64,000 bases of DNA from Spizellomyces punctatus DAOM BR117. Taxonomy: Eukaryota. The position numbers and the translations under genes were made by a program. Shown piece after piece: positions 1-15,877 of this stretch. Each line of letters starts with the position of its first letter. The first letter of the stretch is position 1. The stretch lies in assembly GCA_000182565.2 (NCBI GenBank), contig KQ257457.1; one strand, given 5' to 3'. A model generated the notes under the pieces. It did not search any database, was not told where the DNA came from, and saw only the letters and a program-made list of their open reading frames with translations.

Positions 1-11
1 CCCCCGGAGAA

Positions 12-1043
12 GTGGCATCTCCACAACAACCAACTGCCTCTTCAATCTCTTCCCATCCCCCCGCGGGGTGGAATCCAAGTTTAGTTGAAGGAGTATCGTC
101 GCCAGATGTGCGTCAGTTATTGGAAGAAAACACCAGGCTTAAACATGACCTCCAAGCGCTCCGACAGGTAGATGATGCGAAAGAAGCTGCTCTGCACCGC
201 ATTCAATTGGCAAACCAAGGCTTTGCTCACGAAGCATCTGTTCTGAGACGTCAGCTGTCGTCCGTCCAGCAACTGCAATCTGATATGGACAATCTGACCG
301 GAAAATATGCGACCCATTCCGAACACATGAAAGATCTGGAGCAGAAGTACGCCTCATTAAATGTCAAATACGCGGAGCTGAAAGCGTCTCACACAGAAAC
401 GCTCTCACAAAAGAGCGAATTGGAACGACAGGTATCCAACATGCAAAGTGCCCACAACACATTAGTTGAACAAAAGGTGGAAGCGCAAAGCAAGGCGTAT
501 GCTCTTGAACGGTCTCAATTTGACGCTCACAACCTTCGTGAGCAAGTAACACATCTTGAGCGGGAAGCAGATGACCAGCGTCGCATCATCGCCCTTCAAC
601 TTGAAACCATATCCCAGTTGAATAACCAAATTGCCGAGTTCAACAGCACTATAGCACAGCTTAACAGTCAGATCACTGAGCTTAACAAAGCCATCCAGTA
701 TCGAGACGCTATTGCTCAGGAGAGTGTGGTGCGGATACAAAGTAGCCAAAAACGAATGAGGGAGCTACAGCGGTTACTACATGAGAAAGATAAGATGCTT
801 GCCGAAGTTTTGAGCTCCTCGGACTGGAACCAAGAGGAAGCCGTGCGCCCTGCAGCAGTGTTCGGGAAAGATGATTTTTCGTTCGCGATGGGAAACATCT
901 ATCAAGATAAACCCCTCAAAGGGTCGCAACAAGTGCATCATCCAGCCGGAGGTATGGCGCAAGTGCCTTGTGAAGCGGATCATCCGATGGATATTGGCCA
1001 AACGATGGCATCTGTCTATGGAGGGTATCAATCTCAGACATGA
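12..1043 (+). CDS. Coiled-coil protein, 3' part (probably truncated by the window edge)
   Basis: 343-aa ORF with long Q/E/L/K heptad-rich helices. It begins at a GTG beside the window start, so the true start is likely upstream. Confidence 0.7.
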   Translation: MASPQQPTASSISSHPPAGWNPSLVEGVSSPDVRQLLEENTRLKHDLQALRQVDDAKEAALHRIQLANQGFAHEASVLRRQLSSVQQLQSDMDNLTGKYATHSEHMKDLEQKYASLNVKYAELKASHTETLSQKSELERQVSNMQSAHNTLVEQKVEAQSKAYALERSQFDAHNLREQVTHLEREADDQRRIIALQLETISQLNNQIAEFNSTIAQLNSQITELNKAIQYRDAIAQESVVRIQSSQKRMRELQRLLHEKDKMLAEVLSSSDWNQEEAVRPAAVFGKDDFSFAMGNIYQDKPLKGSQQVHHPAGGMAQVPCEADHPMDIGQTMASVYGGYQSQT

Positions 1044-1408
1044 ATTTGTGGATGGATGAAGCTTTAATATTTTGTAACTATATAATAACTTAATCATACT
1101 TGTATTCTCCACAGTCTAATGTAGGACAAACATAACAACCAAGTTGGTCGTTCGCTATGATGTGTATCCAAAAAAAATCAAGAAACAAAAAGAACAGTAT
1201 GCCTTTTTGTTTACAGTCTGTGGTTACCAAACAAAGGCATGTTCCCTGCAGGGACTTGCTGGGTTGGATGACCAGACCAGCAGCTCGCGAGTCCTCGTGG
1301 CTTGTTGAGCTGACTCATACGTAGCATGACCTAAAAGCTAAAAGACATGGTACTTGTTCTTTTCGAAAGGGACATATCCAACCGGCAACATCTTCTAACT
1401 GACGATAG

Positions 1409-2015
1409 ATGTCCATGTCGTACCGACAGAATTTTATGAACGCACGGATGATGTCAAAAATTGCTTTTGTCTCTCGCATGTCAACGGTGGCAGTTCACCG
1501 GACCCTCTTTCGGCCATTGTTTGCTGTTCGCAGCTATGCACCTTTCGGGTCGCAAATGAGCGATAACGATCCTCATGTGTTGGAAAGGGAGAAGCGCCGC
1601 ATCTTGGAAGGTGTGTATCTATGCTGTGCGTGTTGATGTACATCAGTGGTATTGATCATTTGCGCTTTGCTTAATTCCAAGGTCATGTTAAGGGAGTCCT
1701 TCCTGATGTACCCCATTGGGACGAAAAGCTCGCAACTGATTCTGAAGCCATAGTAAGTCATCCCATATCGCGAGTTGGAAAGGGGGGGGGGGGGGGGGAC
1801 AAATCTGTCCATTCGACAGCATTGACGTCTCTGTACCTCTCATCATATTATAGGTCAAAGCAGACCGATCCTTTGTCGGCGCACCCCCGGAACAGCTCCA
1901 ATACATAAGCTTGGACATTCTCGAAGAAGAGCTGATCGAAGAAACTACCGCGGACACGGAGGCTCAATCGACTGGAAAACATGGAACGGTTGCAGGTGGT
2001 GAGAAGGATGCGTGA
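1409..2015 (+). CDS. Small conserved fungal mitochondrial protein (3 exons, about 1409-1610, 1682-1751, 1853-2015)
   Basis: R/S-rich presequence. The spliced product reads NDPHVLEREK...PHWDEKLATDSEAI|VKADR, resembling a fungal mitochondrial family with LAS.SEA.VKADR. GT-AG introns; stop TGA at 2013-2015. Confidence 0.7.
1781..1798. repeat. Poly-G tract (18 nt) inside an intron
   Basis: Direct reading of the sequence. Confidence 0.9.
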
Positions 2016-2647
2016 ATTTGGGGTGGTTGTAAATAGTTGAATTTGCTTTCAAGTGTATATGCGGCTTGTCAACTGGAAATATATTTCAATTGGGCATTCT
2101 TGTAAAATGGTCATGCGACAAGGCCATCGACTAGGTTATCAGATCTACGTGATGTCGGCATGAACAACTTTCAACATCTAGGGCGAGACCATGCATCAGG
2201 CAAAATCCGGTATTTTGCACTTCATTTCGAAACGAAGCCTTGTAGACAATCCAACACACGTCCATTTCGATGCTGAATATGCATTGGGCATATACATGGA
2301 AAGAGGTCATGTCACTTATATAATCGATATTGTTTGTGTTAGCAACCCGAAAAGTGAGCTGAAGGTGTGAAGGTCATCTTGCTGCTGACGGTGTCCCATA
2401 CTGAAGTCCTTGCAAAACGTACTCCCTCCTCGTCAATCAACAACCATAGCGCTCAAAAACGTTTTGGATCAGACCAACAACTCAGCCATAGTCCACCATG
2501 AATGACAGTCTTTGAAGGTAATCTTTGTTGCAAAAGATCATGCAATTTGCCAGCGTGGTAAATGAACGTCTGGCTGGACGCACACACACATTAGGCAGGA
2601 CACTGGTTGAAATTGTCAAAAAATATCAAATCAACTTCCCTCACTAG

Positions 2648-2719
2648 CGCCCGCTGTGGGTGTCGAACCCACGACCTTAAGGTTAAAAGCCTCACGCTCT
2701 ACCACTGAGCTAAGCGGGC
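2648..2719 (-). tRNA. tRNA-Lys(TTT)
   Basis: Reverse complement GCCCGCTTAGCTCAGTGGTAGAGCGTGAGGCTTTTAACCTTAAGGTCGTGGGTTCGACACCCACAGCGGGCG folds as a cloverleaf with anticodon loop CT-TTT-AA and T-loop TTCGACA. Confidence 0.95.
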
Positions 2720-3427
2720 CTCTTGCATTAAAAGCAAAGTTGATGCAAATGATACTTTTGCATGACGCTGTTGCCAGAAGTGGTATTCGCAAGCGCTTTC
2801 TTTTTTCGTCGACAATTTAGTCGGCGGATCGTACTCTGCACAACAGGGTGCTACAAGCGCCGGTTACAAGAAGGTGACGAGCGACTATGGTTTGGTCCCT
2901 GAGAGTAAAGATGAGAATGGCTCATAGAGTGTCAGATCTTCTGATTAGAGCTCCTGTCGTCATGAGTCTTGCTGCAAGGACACTGGTAGGGTGAACTTGT
3001 CTAAATTCTGGCCTCATCTTATAGAAAGGGGTTTTCGTTGCTGTTTGGCGACCTTTTTTGCAGGCTCAAAAACCAGCAATGCTCATGGTTATGTCGAGAC
3101 TCAGGAGGGGCCGGGACATGGGTTGACTGATGCATATCTGTCTGCCCCTGTGGTGTGTAGCGCCCATTTGGCCTGCTTCGTTGCAGATCTTTTGTTACTT
3201 GTTCCTTGTCTTCATGCACGATACGTAAACTACGAATTCTGGTTCGCTAAAGGACATAACTACCATCCTGGAAAGTATTGTCCACTTTTACCTGCTCTCT
3301 AAATTCCAGGGGGCACAGCATGTCCGAAAGCATGTCCGAAGCGAATAGATAAGCTTTAGATCACATGATGCATCTCACTTCCCGCTCCTCGGCTTCGCAT
3401 ACTTTCAGGCTTCCAAGATACTAGTGC

Positions 3428-5317
3428 ATGTCAAGCTTTTCGACCATGGTATACGAGACGGACGAGACGTCCTGGACGCCCGAATCCCTTGCCAGCATGA
3501 AACGAGCAGATCTTCAGGGCATGTTGAAATCGCTGGGGCTGAAAGGGGCAAATAAAAAGGTGCGAATAGGCATTTTCCCACGTCACTCACACAAGTCAAA
3601 GTTCGCAGAATAAAAATGCTCGTCGACTTTCATTCTAGTCTTCTGAAATGGCTTCCATAATTCTTGAGCACCGACGATCCTGTATCCCACCCAGTCCCCT
3701 CCAACCCGAGCAAAGCAATGTGGCAGGAACACTTTACGAGCAGCGGGCTGAGTGTAACGACCCGAAGCCTGTGATGGAACAGCAGCGTCGTGAGACATCA
3801 ACTGAGCGCGATGAGGACAAGGAAAATGAGGTTTCTGTTGTGGAAAGGCGCACAGAGATGAAAAGGCGAAAGAAGCCGTCAAAAAAAGATGGAAAGAGAA
3901 GGCATGGGAATTTAACGACAAACACAGGCTCTGAGAATGCGAATGTCAACGAGGCCTTTGACAAAGAGCAAATTAGTACAACTGTGGATGATGATCATGC
4001 TAATGATGTGGAAGGCAGTCAGACACACGTCAAATCACTAGATGAATCGTCCCATTTTGACGATGCGCAGGAAGTTCCAGATGTTGCCGACATGTCAGAT
4101 ACGACGGCCGAGTCACCGTGGGAAGTTGTTTCAGTCCCGGTCACAGCAGCAGAGGAAAGCGAACCTGCCGCGGCAAAGGCAACATATCGCCAAAGCAAAG
4201 CTCGGTCATCCAGATCAGTAGGAACACCAGCTGAAGGCGGATTGCCAGAGACTGTCAACAACTCTGGATTTCTCCCCGACATGAATTCAAATGAACAAGG
4301 GACAATGGCCATGGAGGGTGAAGAGACCTCGAATGACCGTGGTACTTCGCAGATTGCATCGTCCACCCAAAGCAAGGCCGACTCGCGCACGCCGAGGGTA
4401 CCAGAAGCAGTTGCACCACAGAGGGGTGGGTATGGCTATTTGGCTATTAGCCGTTATAATATACATACTAATGATCTGTCAAACCCGTCGTATGGCAGTG
4501 CCATCCATTTCTAATTTCCTAGCGCAAAACAATCTGTCGCAACTTACCACACTCTTCCGACGAGAGGAGCTAACCGATTGGACTGTTGTACGGGCATTAA
4601 CAGTGGATACTCTGCGAAGTTTGGGGGTGACAGCCGGCACAGCGATCAGGTTTCGTTTAGCACTCCAAGGTATTGACGGTACACCGTCTGACACAAACTG
4701 GCAGCTCATGTCTTGCTATCCGATGTTTAGAACTTTTTCCATCAGAGGACGTAGATAGGCATACGCCTCGCCATGTTAACCTGGCGATATCCATGGACAG
4801 CCTCCAGGCCTTGATGGACGAGATGGCTGGCTTGTCGTTGGGTGAAAAACGAAGTTCATCTGAGCAAGTAGCAGCAACCGGACCCTCGACGATACGGCGC
4901 AACGCGCCGTTGTCGGCTAACGCTCCTCATCGTCAGTCCCTGGTTTCGGACGAAACTCTTCGAAAGCGGCTTCTCCGTCAATCTGTTAGTAAAGAAGGAT
5001 TGAATGCTCACGGTGGTTCGTACCCGCGCCGATCCAGCGTGGCGCCTGTCACTGTCGCCACGCGAAAGCCCAAACCTATTCCGGCTGCCGCGTGTGCAGC
5101 AGGACCGGTAGACCCAGTAAACGAACGCGGCATAGCTACAACACGGCAACCACCAGCAGCAGCTATGACTAGCAGCACGGCAGTCCAGATACCAATCAAA
5201 AAGTTTTTCGGTAAGGTTGAGTTGAAAAAGGTTCAGTTTGCAAATGACGGAGGTGGAGAAAAGAATTCCGTCGGAAAGTTTGCGCCGACGCCAGCTCCAA
5301 AGAAGAGGCCCAGGTAG
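3428..5317 (+). CDS. SAP/HeH-like + SAM domain protein (exons 3428-3559, 3639-4425, 4499-4678, 4731-5317)
   Basis: Splicing joins four ORFs in frame. N-terminus LASMKRADLQGMLKSLGLKGANKK|SSEMASII is SAP-like. The central ISNFLAQNNLSQLTTLFRREEL...LRSLGVTAGTAIRF is SAM-like. Linkers are disordered. Confidence 0.75.
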
Positions 5318-5950
5318 GCGATGTAATAGATCTATAACATATTTCCACCTTGGAATTGACTATTGTAAAGCGCTCGCGTGAAACCAGGCATCAGTGGAGC
5401 TCAACAAGATATGGGCCCCTCAAAGACAGATGCGGGTAAGCATCCTTCTTACTCATGCACTTTTCTTACACATTTGGATATCGCCAATTCTCCAGCGTCA
5501 TCTGTTAACATTACAATCCATCTCTGTACTGCAGATCCATTCAAGATTTGAAAACGGGTGGCGAAACGACGTAGTATTTGTGGAGATATGCTTGTGGGGA
5601 TTGTACATGGGATAATGGTTTCTGTATATGCACTTTAATGATATGTAGTATCCGTCTGCAGCACCAGCACCAGACCCAGCTTCGCACGCGACACGGCAGG
5701 ACCGGCGACCTGCAGAGCCCTCCAAGGACGCGACGGACCTTGTCTGATTATGTAAACAAGCGCGACCTTAATCGCAAATTGAACTTAAATTTTCATCCTC
5801 AGTTGTGGATGTATGCTTAGGGCGCCAACTTCCTGCCGCTGGTTTCCAGACGGGACAACAAAAAATGCAATTTTATATGTGTGGGAATGTGGCAACTTGG
5901 AGGGGGAATTGAAGGGAAGCGACAAGGACCGGAGGTTAAAGTAACAATAA

Positions 5951-5951
<1 letters not shown>

Positions 5952-5979
<28 letters not shown>
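5952..5979. repeat. (GAC)n microsatellite upstream of the kinase gene
   Basis: About 9 tandem GAC units. Confidence 0.9.
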
Positions 5980-5981
<2 letters not shown>

Positions 5982-6994
5982 GGACAACGGACAAGGAGAG
6001 GAACACGGCAGAGGACATCCAAGGGGCCCAGCAGCATCATCTGCAGTATTTGATTTATTTCGAAGGCGTAGGGCCACATCTTTTGGTCTCCCACCAGTTG
6101 TATAACGCGCGCAAGTTGCCCTCGTGCACTTGGCTTGCTGGCCTGGTCAGATATCTGGGTCTTTCCTGTTCGGCGTGGCTTTTTTTCGGTGCACCATTTT
6201 CGCTTCTGCTAGCTGGTCTCGCAGATCACCCAAAATCAACCGTTCTCCCCTAGTTGAAGTTTAGTGGACTTGGGTTCACATGTAAGTTCTTTATTTCTTT
6301 GTCGCGGCCAATTACCCTGGGTGGCATTTCGGCAGCAAAGAAAATGCAGAGTTTTGCGCTAGATCTCACATTCGGTTGTGTTTTTTCCCCGCTTTTTATT
6401 TGTTGACAGTCTCTAGCTACTACCCATATCCTAAATTCCTATCAGACACCTTTCTCGACCCTACCAACTTCCTTCATACATGCCAGCACTTCCAAGTCGA
6501 GGACCGCACATTTCAATCCTGTAGCCACCTTCCATTAACCATCCCCTTTACGTCTCCGCCTCCACAACTTAGTGCGCACACTAACGGCGACGGCTACATC
6601 CTTGAAAATCTCCGAGTAAGCCTCATAGAATCCCTCCCCGTGCTGCGCAATATCGTCTCGAACTCTGCCTTTCCGCGTACTAGTCGCCCTCATAGTGTAA
6701 GCCGCTGTCACACCCTCTTACCAAGTTTAGAGTTGGTCTCAACGACGAGGTACGTCGTAATCTGTATACCGAAAGCTGCCAACCGACCGCATCTTGAACA
6801 GCTGTCTTTTTGGTTCTTTCAAGACGATTGTTCCATAGTATTGTATATATCCATCCAAGGAAAACTACTGTGCAATCTCTAATACCGGAGCGGGACTCCC
6901 AGTAATCCTCATCGATAATATTAGTTCTGCATTTCAAAAGTATCCACCTCATCAAACTCCCTTCAAACAAACCCGAAAAAAAGCACAGTACATC

Positions 6995-10455
<3,461 letters not shown>

Positions 10456-11436
10456 TTGTGGTTAGCTATACAGGAGCCACGGCGTATTACCTAGTTGTGT
10501 TTTTTTTTACTCTATTTTCTTTTTCTTGTGTGATTTTGTAGAGAGCTTGAGTTTAGATCTCTGGTGTTTCGAAACCTTTTTGCTTCTTTTTTTTTGTTTG
10601 TGGAGAGAGAGGTTGGAAGGCATGTCGAATATGGACTTTTGTGATTACCGTCTGTTTTACGTGTTTGTTCAATCTGTTTCTTTTGCCATCAGTGTAATTT
10701 TAGCATGGTTTGACTGCGAGGGATTGGAGATTTGATGCCACGCAAGATACATTAATGATCAAAGGCTGCTGTTGGTAACGGGGTTTATCCCAATATTCAC
10801 AAATGACGTGTGTGCCTTTTTATCTCCTACAACTCCTTTGCACACGCACTTGTAACTATCTCCAGAGCACGAGATACTGAGCTCGCACATGGACGCCATG
10901 AAATAGGTGACACTCTCACGACTTTACCACTCGACACTCACGTAACATTCACGAGCTCATTGCACGCACCGAAAGTCTATAATGGTCAAGATCCCACCCG
11001 GAATATCGGGTTTTTTATACCTCCTCAGGCCGCTTTTCGATCGGACTGTGGTTTTTGAAAACACCGCAGAGTGTGCCATTTGGCGCAACCTTACTCTTGC
11101 CAATTGAGTGTCTTGAGAGCGTGCACTCTTTGATATCGCTATGCAGATACTAGAGCGGTTGCGTACATTGGAATACCTAGACAGTACCCAAGGGTTAGGC
11201 TGTAAAAACATCTAGTATTCATCGCGACGTCTAGTGTGGCATATCCCAAAAACATTTGGTAATGCTAGAGTTTTGCCACATGATTGACGAATACTAACAA
11301 AAAATACTTGTGCTGGTAAACTTGGCGGTATTGCAAATTCCATTATCCCGACGTCGACATCCGTGTGCAACAACCACAAAAAAACCACTATTTCGTATTT
11401 CAAACCTTCATCTTTGTGTCAAAATAAGGCTTTACG

Positions 11437-11780
11437 CACGTGCATATAAACCATTATGGATATACGCACGTGCAGTCTTTAACTCGTGTGCGCAGAACGT
11501 GCGCAGAGGGATGGCAAAAAAGTCTCTTTTTTTGGCAGAGTTTTTTCCGTGTGTGTGGGGATTTTTGAAGTGTGGCATACGACTGCCCTCATTGTGTTTT
11601 CTTGTTTGAATTCCATTGGGACATGCAAAAAAGTAATAGTCAAAAAGGTGTTCGATTTCGTCACTTTTATAGTAGGATTCTACACGTGTTGATGGGATTA
11701 TCCTGGGCGGTTTTTTTTCCGTAAGTTCTTTTTTTGAGCACAGTGTGGAATGTCAAAGAGGAAAAGAACATCCCCACGTT
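11437..11780. promoter_or_regulatory. Cluster of bHLH E-boxes (Pho4-like) upstream of alkaline phosphatase
   Basis: CACGTG at 11437, 11467 and 11683; AACGTG at 11496; CACGTT at 11775. All lie 190-540 bp upstream of the ATG. Confidence 0.55.
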
Positions 11781-11971
11781 TTCTTAAAGATTCAAAACTT
11801 TCATTTACTTGTAGCATTATAAAAGAAAGTGGGGATTGGGGGCTCCCTTCTTTGTGTGTGTGATCCTTACGAACGCACAGGCACTGTTTTCTTTTTGTCC
11901 CTCATAGATTTCGTTTCTTGTCTTGCTGTGACTCTACAGTCGGCAAGTCAAACGAATAAACAACCGCAATC

Positions 11972-14788
11972 ATGGTCAAGGTTACGGAACTATTGACCTT
12001 GGCGCTCTTGTCTGTGGCCACTGTGGGTGCCATTAACCCAGCGAGCGTGCCTGAGCAGTCGCAGCATGCACGGTATCGAGCAGCTCCCCGGGGATCCTTA
12101 TTGTCTGTTGTCGTAAGTTGTCATTAGCGTGTTGTAATAGTCATTAGTTTACAAATGGCTCACATGCGTAACGCTCTAGCCCGTTGATGGTGCAGAGTTC
12201 CTGGCAGGCCAGCATTATGACATTTCCATTGAGTTGCACGCCGTGGACACCCAGACACCGCCCCCGTTCACTGCACTCCAGGCTACCATCAACGGCCAGC
12301 CTTTTGAAAACTTTTTTAGCAAGTCCTATTCACCGGTCGAGACATGGAATTACACGTACTTTGTCGACAGTGCTGCGCGCGATTCCCACAAACAGACTCT
12401 TGTCGGTGTGAGCCGGATTGCACTTCGCAGTGTCAAGATTGACAAGGCCGGGGAATACAAGGTGTCTGTTCAAGTAGATGGTGGAAAGGAGAAAGTCGAG
12501 GCTGTTTGGAAGGTTCGAAGCTTTGGTGCAAAGAGGTGGGTCAAGAACTTGGTGTTGTTTATTGGTGATGGTATGGCGGTAAGTATGGAATCGTATAAAT
12601 TCTCGGTTTATTTGTGAGGAGGCATCTAAGAATTTGTTTCTTTGTAGCCGACCATGATTTCAGCTGCTCGTTACATTTCCAAGCAGACCACTTTTGGCAA
12701 AGTAAGCAACAATAATGTTAATAACAAAAAAAATGCCAAAAACTCACCGTTGATTCTACAAAAAAACAGTTTGGCACAAACTTTCTCAACATGGAACTCC
12801 TCGGTGCCATTGGCAAGATTGCGACAAACGGTCTCGACTCTATCATTACTGATTCCGCCAACTCTGCTCATGCGTACAACACTGGACACAAGTCTTCCCT
12901 CAATGCTCTTGGAGTCTACCCAGATACCTCTGGGCCATCTTTGGACGACCCCAAGGTGGAGACCTTGGCTGAGATTCTGAGGCGGACTCGACCTGACATG
13001 TGTATCGGTATCGTCACGACGGCCGAGGTTCAAGATGCTACGCCTGCTGCAGTTTTCAGTCATACCAGGTTGAGGGGTGACAAGGCCATTATTACCGATC
13101 AGGTAGGACAGATGATTGCTTTTTGAGAAAGTGTTGGACAATCTGGGTTTCTGATGCAAGGTATAATTCAAGATGATCAACCCCTTCAACTTCCAAAACA
13201 TCACCTGGGATCCCAAACCCGTTAAAGCTGATGTCTACATGGGCGGTGGGTATTCTAGTGCTCTTAATCCATCTTTTTCATTCACTTATCTGTATCTCCG
13301 CAGGTGGTGGAAAATACTTTTGCAACACCAACAGCACGGACCCGGCCCAAAAGTCACTTTGCTCATCCCTCAAAAACCAAGACTATTACGAAAACTACCG
13401 CAAGAACGGATACACCGTCGTAAAGTCCCAGCAAGAGTTGGATGCTTACAACGGCAACGGACCCATTGTTGGAATCTTTGCGCTGAACAACTTGGATACC
13501 TGGATTGAGAGGTGTGTTTTCATCGTGTTCTTACGAATCTGAGTGGGTGCAGTCAGGATGCTCATATCATATGGAAAAGGACTTTGTGGAAGGACAATCT
13601 CAAAATCATAAAGTCCCACCCGGACGGAAACGGACAGTCTGCGACTGAACAGCCCGGTCTGCAAGCCATGACGCTCAAAGCGGTATGTTACAATGGAACT
13701 TTGAGCCTTATATACGTGATACTGATTGAACAGTTTTTTATAGATTGAAGTCATGGACCGCCGGTGCAAGGACGGTTGGTTCCTCATGTCTGAAGGAGCG
13801 TCCATTGACAAGTCGATGCATCCGATGGACTTTGACCGTGGTCTCGCTGATGTGAGTACCACAAGTCCATTCCAATTCCATTGAAATACAGATATCTCAT
13901 GTCTCTCGATCAATTTACAGCTCTTGGAACTCGACCGCACTATCAAAGCCGTCAAGGAATACGATGCCGCACACTACCAGGGTCAAACCGCCATCATTGT
14001 CACCGCGGACCACTCGCAAGCGTTTGACGTCTACGGCAGCGTAGATACCCAATACTTTAACCAACTCCCCTCGAACGACGACCTCAAAATCGGCTCCAAC
14101 GCCACCGAAGTGCAAAAGAGCCTTCAAATACAAAAGCGCTTTGCCATTGGCGGTGCATGGGAAACGGGCTGGCCCACCCTCATTACAGATCCGACAACGG
14201 ATGTACCGACTCTAGAAACAATTGAAGCACCCCGGTACAAGCTCGCAGCAGGCAAAGTGGATGCAGTCCCTCACCACGAAGACTTTCAAATCCGAAAGAA
14301 ACCCTCCCCAAACACGACACCTCTCACCCGCGAACCGGCTATTGTTGACAAGGGCCTCAGCGCGATTTTCGGAAAAGATGTTGGAGTGCCTAACCCTGCC
14401 GATGATAACCTAGATGGCCACGGCTCCATCTCTGTATCGCCCAACTTGAATCCAGAGGAAATTGTCAGTCAGCACTCACTTCAAGCTGTCGATTTGTACT
14501 GTGCCGGACCCGATCATGTTAAGATGAGGTGTTCGAGAGTGATGGACAATACAGAGTTGTTTTTCATTATGGCGGATGTAAGTGTTTTTGCCGCGGGTTT
14601 TTTTTTTTTTTTGTTTTGGTGCCCGCGGGCGCTAACACTTTTGTTTTTGATTATAGGCTCTTGGATTGGGTTCCGATAGCTCCAATTCGGAACTTCCCCC
14701 AGGTTCCGTCTCCTCATCAATGCACAGCGCCGTCCCCTCAGCGCTGTTGACAACCGTCCTCGTCGGTCTGGTTGCAATGTTATTCTAG
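11972..14788 (+). CDS. Secreted alkaline phosphatase with N-terminal extension and predicted GPI-anchor signal (multi-exon)
   Basis: Signal peptide MVKVTELLTLALLSVATVGA; VKNLVLFIGDGMA; active-site ITDSANSA; DATPAA; SEGASIDKSMH; IVTADH. The last exon (14657-14788) reads ALGLGSDSSNSELPPGSVSSSMHSAVPSALLTTVLVGLVAMLF*. Confidence 0.92.
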
Positions 14789-14816
14789 TCTCTTGAGAAA
14801 AAAAAAACGTACATTT

Positions 14817-14917
14817 NNNNNNNNNNNNNNNNNNNNNNNNNNNNNNNNNNNNNNNNNNNNNNNNNNNNNNNNNNNNNNNNNNNNNNNNNNNNNNNNNNNN
14901 NNNNNNNNNNNNNNNNN
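14817..14917. other. Assembly gap (N run)
   Basis: Run of N. Confidence 1.
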
Positions 14918-15877
14918 GCGGCTTTAGGGAAAGGGCGCTATTGTCCATCCCCTCGGATCTTTTAAACCCAATATGCAGCAAGGAGAAACAACGGCATCTC
15001 CGCTCCTTCAAAAAAGGTTTAATCTCCACACTCTTGGCACATGGATGAGTTTCATTTGCTCTTTGGCTCTCCGTCAGATTTTCAAATGTTTGACTGACTG
15101 ATCAGAGATTGTCGTATTGCAGATCAGGGTGGTCTTTTCTCCGGTTCGACCGTACACCCCCGCCATTTCCGTGATGATCCCACCCCAGCCCCCCCGTCCT
15201 TCTCCTTCTCCATGCCCATCTCCTTCTCCGTCTCCCCCCCTTCACGGATGACAACGTCCACAGGGGGACATTTCAAGGCGTTTTTCACGGCTGCACACCT
15301 TGGTTGATTAAAGGGGGGGAAGGAGATGAAAGTTGGTGGCACAGTCACGTATTCAGACCTTGCACCAAAAGTGTTCAAAAGTGGTTGATGAACTGGTCGT
15401 TTCTTCCGTTTTTTAAAAACAATCGACGACGACGATATTCTTGAAAAACCTTGTTCAAAAAGCCAAATCCAATCTTTTGTTGTTCATTCCGCCCCAATAC
15501 GCCATCATCTTTTCCCCACCCAACCCTTTTGCTGCCATCGTTCATCGCGTTTTTCCTATTCAAACAATTGAAAGCAACTCCCCTCAATTGCCCAACTCTT
15601 CCATACTCCCCCTTTGGGGTTTCCTTTGTGCTTTGATGACAGCAGGGGCCAAGGGAGGGGCAGCTGACGAATTACCCTTGAAAAGCTTGTCGTTGTTTAT
15701 CCGGATGTGCGTGTTGCTTTGTTTATGTTTTTTTTTGATTTTTGGTTTTTTAAACCCTCGGATATTGACTCGTTGCAAAAACAAAAAACGTCACAGTTTG
15801 GTTTGGGGTGGATGAAAAGGTGTATTTAGAAAGTTGCTTGTACTGTTTTCTTATATGTTTGGGGAGGATATACGGCT

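Noticed and set aside
2991-3302. 103-aa intergenic ORF
   Set aside because: GTG start, no motif and no supporting splice structure.
5881-6105. Poly-Asp ORF
   Set aside because: By-product of the GAC microsatellite, with no recognisable domain.
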